From an uncultured Candidatus Saccharibacteria bacterium (GTDB taxonomy: Bacteria; Patescibacteriota; Minisyncoccia; Phycocordibacterales; CAIRYW01): 64,000 nt of DNA. Position 1 is the stretch's first letter. Each line of letters starts with the position of its first letter. The stretch covers positions 177 to 64,176 of the forward strand of contig CAYLQP010000005.1 in NCBI GenBank assembly GCA_964386665.1, in the 5' to 3' direction. This document shows, piece after piece, positions 30,971-40,636 of this stretch. A model generated the notes under the pieces. It did no database searches, was not told where the DNA came from, and saw only the letters and a list, made by a program, of their open reading frames with translations. The translations under genes were made by a program, and so were the position numbers.

Positions 30971-33900
30971 TTATTTTTGAATTTGAATTGAGACTATTTC
31001 TCCTTCAATTGTTATGGTTTCACTCGATACTTCTCCTACCACAAACATACGGGCGTTCACTGCCTTTGCTACGAGATCCTTGTAACCTTCTTTTTCGAAC
31101 ATTACTCGCAAAGCATCACTTACCCCAAGAGCTACTTCCACCACATCAGTAGGTGAGCATCCTGCTTCTTTTCGTTTGTCTTGGATGGCACGTACAAACT
31201 CTCGCAATAACCCCTCTTCTCGAAGATCTTCAGTAACAACAATATCGAGTTTGATTTCTCCTTCTATGTTTGCATCGACTAATACTTCTTTTACGTTTAC
31301 TTCATCGGCAATAATTTCGAGGTAAGCGTCAGGAATGTGTTTTTTAATCACAAGTGTTCGAAGTGGTTGTCTTACTTTTATGTTTGATTTATTTCGAGCT
31401 TCAAGAGCAAGTGTTACTGTGGTTCGGGCTTCTTTCATTTCTTCTTCGATACTATCACTTACACCAAGCACGGTTGGCCACTCCTCTAAATGCACACTTT
31501 CTTTATCATCCTTGTGTCGAAGCTTGAGAAACACACTTTCGGCAAAAAACGGTGCAAATGGTGCCATTACCTTTGACAGAGTTTTGAGCACAACATAAAG
31601 AGTTTGCTTGGCTTCTTTGTCCCCTTCTCGAATCCGATCTCGAGACCGTCTGAGATACCACGTCGAAAGGTCGTCGATAAAATCTCGCATCGCTCGCACT
31701 GGTTCAAGTAGTTTGTATGAATCCATTTGTGTTTCAACGGTGAGTACTAAAGAAGACAACCGTGAGAGAATCCATTTATCAAGTATTGAATGCGAAGTGA
31801 CTTCGGTTTCTTCTTCAAGAGAAACATCACGATATAATTCATAAAACGAAAGTACGTTAGCAAAAAGATTAAATACTTTTTTGCTTATTTCATCAACGGT
31901 TCGTTCGTCGAAGTTTTTGCTTTCTCCTGGTTGATTGACACTATACATCCACAGACGCAGTGTATCGACTCCATATTTGTTAATCATCTCAAACGGATTG
32001 ATCACGTTTCCAAGACTCTTTGACATTTTTTTGCCATCTTTGTCCAAGAGGTGCCCCAAACAAATAACGTTTTTGTAGGCATGACCCTTACCCATAAGAC
32101 ATCCAACAGCATGAAGTGTGTAGAACCACCCTCGTGTCTGATCGATTGCTTCAGAAATAAAGTCTGCTGGGAATAATTTCGTTTCAAGTCCAAGCCCATC
32201 GGCATTTTGGGCAAATGGCATTGCCCCACTATCAAACCACACGTCCATCACTTCTTTGACTCGAGTAAGCTTTTCTCCTGTGTCATCTATTAGTTCAACT
32301 TGATCAATAAATGGTTTGTGGAAGTCGAGTCTGTATTCTTCATCGTGTGGAAGTGGGATAAATTCAAATGGTGTGTAACTACCTACTTCAAGAAAAACAG
32401 CTCCTGGTTCGTAGATTGATTCAACCTCTTTGTCCTCCGCCCCTTGTGCAACGCACTTAGCAAGTTTCATTGGACCATCATGAGAGATGATAAGAATGTT
32501 TTTGCCAGAAAATGTTTTTTCAATCTCATAGAAGAAATCTCCTACTCGCTTCTTTACATCCATAAGCGTTTCGAGATCTTCGTGTTTGGTAAGTAAACGG
32601 TCCATATAATTTGGATATACTTTCGCAAATTCTTCCCAAGGCTTTCCTGAAAGGATGCCAAAGTACTCTTCTGCAAGTCGAGGATCCTCTATTGCTTTTA
32701 TATCTCCTAACACCTTCTTCACTTCTTCCATTGTTTCTCGAGTTCGAGTAAGTGGAGAATAGAAAATCAAATCAATGTTTTGATCCTTAAGTATCTGCGC
32801 ACTTTTCGTTGCATCTTGTCTTCCCTTTTCGGTAAGGTGATGCACTTCTTCGTTGTCAGAAGAAAGCACTCCTTTGATGTTATGCTCCGCCTCTCCGTGA
32901 CGCATCAAGAAATATTTGTTTCCAGATACCTTGGTATGTTGCTTGAGTGTAGTAAGCGAATCGATCACAACTCGTTTTGTCTTGGATTCGTTTTCCCAGA
33001 TTGGAAGTGGTGTTCCCCAATACCGTTCACGTGAAATTGCCCAGTCTTTGATTTCTCGAAGCCATTCACCAAACCGCCCTTCTTTGATATAGTCTGGCTC
33101 CCAGTTAATCTTTTGGTTTTCGGAAAGCAAGGTTTCTCGAAGACTCAACATTCTGATGTACCAAGAGTCTCGTGCAAAATACAAAAGCGGAGTTTTACAT
33201 CGCCAACAGTGAGGGTATGTATGTTTGATGTTTTCTTGTTTGAAGAAAAGATTTCGATGTTTGAGTTCATTGATGATGTCTACCGCAAGAGTTGGTTTAC
33301 CGTTTTCGTCTTTTTCTTTTGCGAATCTGCCCGCAAGAAAACCGCACCACCCCTTGAAGTTACCATCTTCTCCAACCGTGTGGACTTTTGGGAGGTTTTC
33401 TTTGGTTCCAAGCGCGAAGTCATCTGCTCCATACATTGGTGCAATATGAACAATACCCGTTCCATCGGTTGTGTTTACAAAATCAGCGGCATATACCTTA
33501 AATGCATTAGAGATTTTTTCTTGTTCTCCTTCCGGTGCGTTTTCTTTCAAGAACGGGAAAAGTGGTTCGTATTCAAGACCAACAAAATCAGTTCCTTTTA
33601 GTTCTTCAAGAATTTCAAAACCTTCTTCTAAAATAGAAACTCTTTCTTTTGCCAAAACAAGAGCATCTGAAGAATCTTTATATTTTATCTTTACATATTC
33701 AATATCCTTCCCCACCGCAAGAGCAACGTTCCCAGGAAGTGTCCAAGGAGTTGTCGTCCACGCAAGAATATATGTATTCTCTTGACCTACTACTTTAAAT
33801 TTCACATATACAGACAAATCTTTTACTTCTTCATATCCTTGCGCAAGCTCGTGAGATGAAAGTGCAGTTCCACATCGAGGACACCACGGCAACACCTTGT

Positions 33901-34429
33901 AATCCTTGTAGAGAAGTCCTTTCTTTTCAACTTCACCTACAACACCCCACAGGTTTTCGATATAAGAATTATGAAATGTGTAGTATGCGTTTTCCTGATC
34001 TACCCAGTATCCAATTCGTTTTGTAAATCTTCCCCAATCTTCAAGATACGTAAACACACTTTGTTTACATCTCTTGTTAAACTCTGCTACACCAAATTGT
34101 TCAATTTCTTTTTTGCTTTTAAGTCCGAGCTCCTTTTCTACTTGAAGCTCAACTGGCAGTCCGTGTGTGTCCCACCCGCCCTTTCGTCCAACTCGAAACC
34201 CTTGCATTGTCTTGTAACGAGGTAAACAATCTTTGAAACTTCGAGCCTCAAGATGATGAATCCCAGGACGACCGTTTGCAGTTGGAGGTCCTTCATAAAA
34301 CACAAAATCTCCCTTTGGGGATTCTTTTGTTAAGGTTTTGTGAAAGATATCTTTTTCTTCCCAAAAGGTAAGGATTCGCTCTTCTTCGAGCGCTCGGTCG
34401 CTTTTCTTTTCTACTTCTTCATTACTCAT
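30971..34429 (-). CDS. ileS: Isoleucine--tRNA ligase with an in-frame ~190-aa histidine-phosphatase (PGAM-like) domain insertion
   Basis: HIGH region (PPTANGRPGIHH), CP1 editing domain (WTTTPWTLPGN), KMSKS and a C-terminal Zn/anticodon region. The segment between WGTPLPIW and DVWFDSG is ~250 aa, against ~65 aa in E. coli, and contains FLMRHGEAEHN, an exact PROSITE PG_MUTASE match. Confidence 0.92.
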   Translation of the reverse strand: MSNEEVEKKSDRALEEERILTFWEEKDIFHKTLTKESPKGDFVFYEGPPTANGRPGIHHLEARSFKDCLPRYKTMQGFRVGRKGGWDTHGLPVELQVEKELGLKSKKEIEQFGVAEFNKRCKQSVFTYLEDWGRFTKRIGYWVDQENAYYTFHNSYIENLWGVVGEVEKKGLLYKDYKVLPWCPRCGTALSSHELAQGYEEVKDLSVYVKFKVVGQENTYILAWTTTPWTLPGNVALAVGKDIEYVKIKYKDSSDALVLAKERVSILEEGFEILEELKGTDFVGLEYEPLFPFLKENAPEGEQEKISNAFKVYAADFVNTTDGTGIVHIAPMYGADDFALGTKENLPKVHTVGEDGNFKGWCGFLAGRFAKEKDENGKPTLAVDIINELKHRNLFFKQENIKHTYPHCWRCKTPLLYFARDSWYIRMLSLRETLLSENQKINWEPDYIKEGRFGEWLREIKDWAISRERYWGTPLPIWENESKTKRVVIDSLTTLKQHTKVSGNKYFLMRHGEAEHNIKGVLSSDNEEVHHLTEKGRQDATKSAQILKDQNIDLIFYSPLTRTRETMEEVKKVLGDIKAIEDPRLAEEYFGILSGKPWEEFAKVYPNYMDRLLTKHEDLETLMDVKKRVGDFFYEIEKTFSGKNILIISHDGPMKLAKCVAQGAEDKEVESIYEPGAVFLEVGSYTPFEFIPLPHDEEYRLDFHKPFIDQVELIDDTGEKLTRVKEVMDVWFDSGAMPFAQNADGLGLETKLFPADFISEAIDQTRGWFYTLHAVGCLMGKGHAYKNVICLGHLLDKDGKKMSKSLGNVINPFEMINKYGVDTLRLWMYSVNQPGESKNFDERTVDEISKKVFNLFANVLSFYELYRDVSLEEETEVTSHSILDKWILSRLSSLVLTVETQMDSYKLLEPVRAMRDFIDDLSTWYLRRSRDRIREGDKEAKQTLYVVLKTLSKVMAPFAPFFAESVFLKLRHKDDKESVHLEEWPTVLGVSDSIEEEMKEARTTVTLALEARNKSNIKVRQPLRTLVIKKHIPDAYLEIIADEVNVKEVLVDANIEGEIKLDIVVTEDLREEGLLREFVRAIQDKRKEAGCSPTDVVEVALGVSDALRVMFEKEGYKDLVAKAVNARMFVVGEVSSETITIEGEIVSIQIQK

Positions 34430-34438
34430 ATATATGTA

Positions 34439-35476
34439 TTATCTCGGTAACATTTGATCTTTGTTAAACATAGTTGCAGATCTATCTTCGTATGACAGAC
34501 GGTCTCTAAACAATATCCCCAGAACAATAGAGAGCACTATACCAAGTACCGCCACAAAAGAGAAGACTTGGAGTGTTCGTTTTGTTTTTTGTTTGAAGCG
34601 CTCTGGAGCTTCTGTTGTTACGATGGTTTTGAGGTTTTGAAACACAGAAAAGTTAAAGATAGTAAGCAACGCCCAAAACGGTGCGAGCACAAGTGAAACA
34701 ATCAAAGACCATACGAGCATAAAGAGATAGTACGAAGCAGTGTGTGCTGTTGCCTCAGAAAGAATGATGTTTGTCACAAATGCAATTCCCCGATCCACTC
34801 CCCCATAAAAGAAATGTGTAAGCAAGATTGCAATAGTACCAAGCACAAAAAGAACTACTGCTCCAACACCCAAGAGTACGAGCATGAGTAATACATATCT
34901 TCCAAACACTTGTGCTCGTTTTCCGTTTACAAGCCAAAAGCTTGAAACAAGCGCATCGCCGGCTTTTTTCTTTTCGAGTACTACAAGTGGTGTCGCAAAC
35001 AAAAGACTAAGTGCAACCATCACTCCAGGTACGATAAGCAAGAAGGCTCCCCCGAGAGTTGCAACCATCCCTACTATCCACACAAGAAAAAGTGGAACAG
35101 TGCTTTTTAGTATTTTTTTGCTTGAGATAACGTGTGACTCTTCTATACCGTTGGATACATCTTGAACTTTTTTGATTGCACCAAGTTTGAGAAATTGAAA
35201 CAAAAGACCAATAAAAACTCCAACCAAAGATAGAACAACAGAAAAAAATATAAATAACCCTTTGCTTTCAACAACAGGCAACACTTTAAACCCAAGTAGA
35301 TTTATTAAAACATTGAGAAGTGACGGCACAAAAGCAAGCAAGAAAAAGAAAGAAGAAATAGTTAAGAAATGCTTAACAAAAAAACTCCAAGAGTGTGTAA
35401 ATAGCACCTTAAACGAATCAAGAGAAAGTTCGGTTGATTCAAGGGTGATGTTTGGTTTTGCGTGTGTATGTTCCAT
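34439..35476 (-). CDS. Hypothetical polytopic membrane protein (345 aa)
   Basis: ~8 predicted TM helices. No motif. Confidence 0.45.
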   Translation of the reverse strand: MEHTHAKPNITLESTELSLDSFKVLFTHSWSFFVKHFLTISSFFFLLAFVPSLLNVLINLLGFKVLPVVESKGLFIFFSVVLSLVGVFIGLLFQFLKLGAIKKVQDVSNGIEESHVISSKKILKSTVPLFLVWIVGMVATLGGAFLLIVPGVMVALSLLFATPLVVLEKKKAGDALVSSFWLVNGKRAQVFGRYVLLMLVLLGVGAVVLFVLGTIAILLTHFFYGGVDRGIAFVTNIILSEATAHTASYYLFMLVWSLIVSLVLAPFWALLTIFNFSVFQNLKTIVTTEAPERFKQKTKRTLQVFSFVAVLGIVLSIVLGILFRDRLSYEDRSATMFNKDQMLPR

Positions 35477-35783
35477 AAATTATTTGTTGTTTTTAATCTA
35501 ATCATTATATCCCACTCTCCCCCCTTCACAAAATACAAAATTAGGTGTAGTATATTTATTCAGTAACAGCTCATTTCAAACCCGCTGTTACTTACCGACA
35601 ACCAACACCAATGAAAACACCCGAAAGTACACAAACCCCTCCCGAACAAGAGACTAAATACCCAAGGCGGGAAAAGTTACGTTACCGCAACAACCAAGGA
35701 CGGAACAGAAGAAAACAATAAAGACCAGGCTACACATTCCTGAGCTAATACCAGCACACTGAGAAGTGTGTTTTTTTATTTCA

Positions 35784-35813
35784 GAAGCGGGTGACCCAAG
35801 GGTCACCCGCTTC
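35784..35813. terminator. Hairpin terminator (gaagcgggtgaccc-aagg-gtcacccgcttc)
   Basis: 13-bp perfect stem downstream of trhO. Confidence 0.6.
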
Positions 35814-35838
35814 TTTGTTACAAGTTATCTGTTATTGA

Positions 35839-36762
35839 TTATGAGTTTATTGGCTGCACCTCAATTTTCTGCATACACTCTTCCCCACAAAACATTCCGC
35901 CTTTTTCAATACAGCTTTCACACACAAGCATATGCTTGTGACAAACAGGATTTTGACAGTTGATGTACCTTTCGGTTTGTACTCCACACTTATCACACAT
36001 ACCAACGATTTCTCGGTCACCGCCGAAATCCATTACCACTCTATTATCAAACGTATACAAAGCTCCTTTGAAATCTTCTCCAGGAAACTTCTCCATATAA
36101 CAATGCATTCCTCCATCAAGTTGATATACATCTTTAAATCCTTTTTTTACCAGATATCCACTCATCTTTTCACATCGGACTCCTCCTGTACACACCGTGA
36201 GCACCTTCTTGTCTTTGAGATGTTCTATCTTCTCTACAATCTTTGGTAAGTCTCGTGAGTTTTCGAGTCCAGGGTCAATTGAGTTTTTGAAGTGTCCTAC
36301 CTTGAACTCATAACTGTTTCGCATATCAACCACGACGAAGTCTTCATTCTTCTCATACCATTTTTTGAGTTCATCTGGTGAAAGATGCTTACCTGTGATG
36401 ACATTTGGATTTACATCCTCATCTCCAAGTCGAACTGATACAATTTCGTCGCGTACTTTTATCTTGAGCTTTGGGAACGCTTCTCCGGTACCTGCACTTG
36501 TTTTGAATTTCACATCCTTGAAACATCCCATTCCCCGTGTATCTGGAGAAATATGTAATTTGGTAAGTGTTTCTATATACTGATTCACATCTTCAACTCT
36601 TCCCTCAAGAGTGCAATTGATTCCTTCCTTGGCGATAATAATACGTCCCTTGAAACCCTTCGCAACACAAAATCCCCGATGCCACATCGCGAGGTGTTCT
36701 GGATGTTCAATTGGAGTGTATTTATAAAAAAGTAATACAACGAAATCTTTGTTTGAGTTCAT
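35839..36762 (-). CDS. trhO: Rhodanese-domain protein, UPF0176/YceA family (tRNA uridine(34) hydroxylase TrhO)
   Basis: UPF0176 N-terminal domain, then a rhodanese domain with the active-site Cys (CTGGVRCEK), then a C-terminal Cys-rich tail. Confidence 0.8.
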   Translation of the reverse strand: MNSNKDFVVLLFYKYTPIEHPEHLAMWHRGFCVAKGFKGRIIIAKEGINCTLEGRVEDVNQYIETLTKLHISPDTRGMGCFKDVKFKTSAGTGEAFPKLKIKVRDEIVSVRLGDEDVNPNVITGKHLSPDELKKWYEKNEDFVVVDMRNSYEFKVGHFKNSIDPGLENSRDLPKIVEKIEHLKDKKVLTVCTGGVRCEKMSGYLVKKGFKDVYQLDGGMHCYMEKFPGEDFKGALYTFDNRVVMDFGGDREIVGMCDKCGVQTERYINCQNPVCHKHMLVCESCIEKGGMFCGEECMQKIEVQPINS

Positions 36763-36796
36763 ACCTTATAAATATACGAAAAACCGCAAAAAAGTA

Positions 36797-36840
36797 AAGC
36801 AAAAGCCCGCAGCCGAAGGCTGCGGGCTTTTGCTTTTTTC
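36797..36840. terminator. Hairpin terminator (aagcaaaagcccgcagccgaaggctgcgggcttttgctt)
   Basis: Long perfect stem with T-run. Confidence 0.6.
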
Positions 36841-36850
36841 TATATCCTAA

Positions 36851-37324
36851 CTAAACCGTTGGAGCAACATCTTGTGCTTTTGCAACAACGCAGTTTTCAC
36901 AACTTTTGTGACAATCACCACATCCTTTCCCAAGAGACATTTTTCCTGGACCAACAAGCATAATAGCTACAAGAGACGCAAGAAGTGATAGATCAAGTTC
37001 TGATGCAAGGTATTTACCAAGGAAAGGAACTTGAGGAAGTGTCCATTTCACTTTAAATGCCGCAACCGCCATCACAATTGCAAGAAGAAGTGCACCATAA
37101 AAAGAAAAGAGTCCAAGCATTACCGCGATACCTCCAACAATTTCAACTCCCGTTACAACATATGCCCAGAACGCACTAAATCCAATCTGATTAAAAAAAT
37201 CGATAGTTCCTTGCGGCTCTGTCATATGCATCGCCTTAAGCACTCCGTGAAATACAAAAGTTCCTCCCACAAACACACGAAGAACTAACAAACCAATATC
37301 TTTAGATTTTGAACAACAATTCAT
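36851..37324 (-). CDS. DoxX-family membrane protein
   Basis: LRVFVGGTFVFHGVLK... DoxX signature with 4 TM helices. Cys-rich C-terminal tail. Confidence 0.7.
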   Translation of the reverse strand: MNCCSKSKDIGLLVLRVFVGGTFVFHGVLKAMHMTEPQGTIDFFNQIGFSAFWAYVVTGVEIVGGIAVMLGLFSFYGALLLAIVMAVAAFKVKWTLPQVPFLGKYLASELDLSLLASLVAIMLVGPGKMSLGKGCGDCHKSCENCVVAKAQDVAPTV

Positions 37325-37429
37325 ATAAAAACAAGTTAACTAATAATTAATGAGATAATTATAACATACCGATTTCAAAATTCTATCGTCATTTGATTTT
37401 TATAAAAAAAAGCTTATTATTCGGATTAG

Positions 37430-37696
37430 ATGAAAACAATGCTAATTATAAGATCAAAATCCCTTAAAGGATACTTAGATCATTTCACTTGCGCAGATGC
37501 AGGTGGAAGTAACGTTTCTGAAGAAACGGCAATGAAAGCACTTCGTCGGTTTCATAGACGACTGACAAAAGATGCGCCTACGGATCCAAGCCATCTTCAA
37601 GGCATCACGAACAAGATTGCCCGGCAAACCGGATGTCATATCCGTTTTGTCTTTAACAAAAAAAACAATCGTCCTTTGAGAATATGGAAAGCTTAA
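37430..37696 (+). CDS. Hypothetical small basic protein (88 aa), GC-enriched
   Basis: Single plus-strand ORF in a minus-dominated stretch. Followed by a hairpin terminator. Confidence 0.3.
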   Translation: MKTMLIIRSKSLKGYLDHFTCADAGGSNVSEETAMKALRRFHRRLTKDAPTDPSHLQGITNKIARQTGCHIRFVFNKKNNRPLRIWKA

Positions 37697-37697
37697 T

Positions 37698-37720
37698 ACG
37701 GACCTTCGGGTCCTTTTTTA
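37698..37720 (+). terminator. Hairpin terminator (ggaccttcgggtcc + T-run)
   Basis: Perfect 5-bp stem, TTCG loop, T7 run. Confidence 0.6.
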
Positions 37721-37728
37721 TTTATCAC

Positions 37729-39423
37729 TTACATCTTCTCAACTTCACTCATCCCAAGAAGCCAAAGACCCTTCTGTAGAGTCGTGATAACACAATCAAC
37801 TACTGCAGTTTTGTATGGTGAATACACATCATCAATATCAGCAATTTTTTCTTTTGCATAAAACGAGTTAAATTCGGCAGATAGTCTCGTGAGGTACTCT
37901 ACAACTTTTTGAGGCGCTTTCTCTTCGAAAGCCCTCAAGGCAATATCTTTGAACTTAACAAGCTCTTTTTCAATTCCAAAACATTTTGATATATCGATTT
38001 CTTTTTTAATCTGTAAGTCTTGTGCTTTTTTCTGTACCGCCTTTGCACGCACAAGTGTATAGAGAAGGTACGGACCAGAATCCCCTTCAAATGAAAGAGC
38101 CTTCTCTCGATCAAAGATAATATCTTTACCTGGCGACTGTTTTAGAATCGCGTATTTAATAGCGCTAATTGATACGTTAGTTGCGATTTCTTTCTTCTCA
38201 CCATCTGATATGTCACGTTCAGTCATTTTTGCGAGCACTTCCTTTTCAGTGTCCATAATCAACGATTCACCGGTAACAATATTTCCCTTTCGAGAACTCA
38301 TTTTTCCTTCGGTAAGCCGAAGCATTCCGTGAGAAATAAACTCGAGACTCTCTGCACTTTTTGGATCAATAAGTCCAAGAACACATTTGATCACTTTGAA
38401 ATAATCAGTAATCTCGTTTGCTGAAGTAACCACAGATATATCAGGGGCATATCTTCGAATCTTTTCTAAGGTATTTGCAAGCTCTTTTGCTTCATATGTG
38501 GGAAGTCCTTGCGAATTCAAAAACACTCTTGTATGCAAACCATATTTCTCGCCTTTAAACACAACTGCACCATCACTTTCTTCAAACACATCTTTCATAT
38601 GTGCTCTCACTATCTTTACCGCGTCATCTGATACTTCGCTTTCAAATATATGAGAATCAAACCGTGTACCAAGTTTCTTGTATATCCGATCAAAGTACGT
38701 CAGACTCCACTGTCTCCCTTTGTCATAATACACTTGCAAGTCTGCGTCTGACTTTTCAAATAATTTTTTGTTTATTTCTTTGATTTCTTCTTTTGCCTTT
38801 TCGTCATCTTCAAACGCGTTTACTCCAACAACATATGCGTCTCCCATAAACTTAATCTTGTCATCTTCGGAGTCTTCATCGTGAGGAAAGGAAGCTCTTG
38901 CTTGTTTCATTGCCCAAATTGTTTTTGCAACGTGAAGACCAATATCTCCTTGATAGCACACTCTCTTCACATCCGCTCCTTGAAACTGCGCTAGTCTTGA
39001 AAGAGACTCGCCGACTGCGTTTGCCATCAAGTGACCAATATGAAATGCCTTAAAAGGGTTTGGGTCCGTATATTCAAAAATTGTTTTCTTCCCTTCAAGG
39101 AGATTACCTTTTGAAATTCCTTCTTTTTTGATCTTTAATACTTCGCTTACAAAAAAACTTTCTTTAAAAGAAAAGTTAATAAACCCTGGACCCGCGATTT
39201 CAATCTTAAGTACTTCATCCGGTAGATTTGTCTGTAATTTATCAATAATCTTTTCTGCTAAAGCACGTGGCGAAAGCTTTAGGGCTTTCGCTCCCACAAG
39301 TGCTACATTTGTTGCTATATCTCCATGAGAAGTGTCTTCAGTGTATTCAACCACAAAGGAAGAATTGACAATATTAAACTTTGTAAGTATTTCTTGTATA
39401 TTTTGTTTTAACACATCTTTCAT
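37729..39423 (-). CDS. argS: Arginine--tRNA ligase
   Basis: 564 aa. N-terminal Arg_tRNA_synt_N region, class I core (HIGH-like FHIGHLM), and DALR anticodon-binding C-terminus. Confidence 0.92.
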   Translation of the reverse strand: MKDVLKQNIQEILTKFNIVNSSFVVEYTEDTSHGDIATNVALVGAKALKLSPRALAEKIIDKLQTNLPDEVLKIEIAGPGFINFSFKESFFVSEVLKIKKEGISKGNLLEGKKTIFEYTDPNPFKAFHIGHLMANAVGESLSRLAQFQGADVKRVCYQGDIGLHVAKTIWAMKQARASFPHDEDSEDDKIKFMGDAYVVGVNAFEDDEKAKEEIKEINKKLFEKSDADLQVYYDKGRQWSLTYFDRIYKKLGTRFDSHIFESEVSDDAVKIVRAHMKDVFEESDGAVVFKGEKYGLHTRVFLNSQGLPTYEAKELANTLEKIRRYAPDISVVTSANEITDYFKVIKCVLGLIDPKSAESLEFISHGMLRLTEGKMSSRKGNIVTGESLIMDTEKEVLAKMTERDISDGEKKEIATNVSISAIKYAILKQSPGKDIIFDREKALSFEGDSGPYLLYTLVRAKAVQKKAQDLQIKKEIDISKCFGIEKELVKFKDIALRAFEEKAPQKVVEYLTRLSAEFNSFYAKEKIADIDDVYSPYKTAVVDCVITTLQKGLWLLGMSEVEKM

Positions 39424-39453
39424 ATCTCAATTTAACCACAAAATACCAAAACA

Positions 39454-39490
39454 AAAAAGCCGTTTCGCGAAGCGAAACGGCTTTTTTGTT
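39454..39490. terminator. Hairpin terminator (gccgtttcgcgaagcgaaacggc)
   Basis: Perfect stem flanked by A and T runs. Confidence 0.6.
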
Positions 39491-39748
39491 TTTTTCTCTC
39501 CAATGCGTCGATATATATTTCAATCTCTTTAATAGAGTAAAGATTTTCTATAAAAAATACCCCAGAATTTCCGGGGTTAATCGTCCAAAGGAACATCAGG
39601 GACAACAAGGAAGTATTTGCCCTCTACCTCAATTACATTTTCGCTTTTTTTAGTAAGAGTAAACAAAAGTCCTCCTACTTTATAGCGGTTTTGATCCGGG
39701 GTGTCCTGAACCAAAGATTGCAACTGGGCTATGATTTCTGCTGAAATC

Positions 39749-40624
39749 TCAATCATATTTTCTAGAATATAATAATAATGTCTTCTTGTCAATATTTAAT
39801 GATTCTGCAACATCACCAATTACTATATCGAGCATCCTTTCATCAGGAATCGCTCTAACTTTTTTATCCAATGATTCTTGAAGAACATATTCTTCTCCGT
39901 CCATTTCCCCCATATGCTTAGTCGATAATCCAAAATCAATTATCACTGGTTCACCACACTCATCAATCATTATATTTCCACCATGAAGATCTCTGTGTAC
40001 GTATTTAGCATTACGCATTTTTTGAAGTGCTTTTCGGATTTTTACAAAAAAAGTATATGGATCAAAATTTTCTGGGAAACCTTCCTGATCATCGATATAT
40101 TGATGAATCGATTTTCCTGCTATTTGCTCCATATATATAGCTTCGATATGATCTTTCACTCTTACCCCATCTCTTTCTTCTTCTAGATCCAAACTCATAA
40201 ACGCAGATAAACGAGGTACACGAATTACTCCGTTTAATAAATTTCTAATTTCCTCATGAATTCTTGCCTCTTCTTTCATAGAATTCGCGCCAGGTTGAGT
40301 TATTTTTTGCTCTTTCTGTGCACCAACAAATCTTTGATACATAGGATGAACTCTTTGTACTGAAACTCCTTCATCAAGCTCTATGGAAGGAAATACAGAA
40401 GAGTCCCTTTCTATTTTAAAACAAAAGCCCTCTGATCGATTTCCTGCAGAAACAACTCTTGCTGCCTGACCAACACCAAGAAGCAGCTCTTCTTCTGTTG
40501 ACCAACGACGAAGATTTTTAAGTAACCTTGCTTCAATTTTTCTTTGCTCCTTCTCCTCATGAAGCTCATAATCACTTCCTAATACCTCTTGAGTCGAATC
40601 ACTAAATTCAAATCTAATTACCAT
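39749..40624 (-). CDS. Protein-kinase-like protein (ePK / RIO / Bud32-like fold)
   Basis: Gly-rich loop LLGVGQAARVV, a catalytic loop YVHRDLHGGNIMID and DFG (IIDFGLS). 291 aa. Confidence 0.6.
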   Translation of the reverse strand: MVIRFEFSDSTQEVLGSDYELHEEKEQRKIEARLLKNLRRWSTEEELLLGVGQAARVVSAGNRSEGFCFKIERDSSVFPSIELDEGVSVQRVHPMYQRFVGAQKEQKITQPGANSMKEEARIHEEIRNLLNGVIRVPRLSAFMSLDLEEERDGVRVKDHIEAIYMEQIAGKSIHQYIDDQEGFPENFDPYTFFVKIRKALQKMRNAKYVHRDLHGGNIMIDECGEPVIIDFGLSTKHMGEMDGEEYVLQESLDKKVRAIPDERMLDIVIGDVAESLNIDKKTLLLYSRKYD

Positions 40625-40636
40625 TGTTTTTGTTTA

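Noticed and set aside
33113-33601. 162-aa plus-strand ORF (and several 60-100-aa ORFs at 31335-34225)
   Set aside because: Antisense or alternative frames within ileS.
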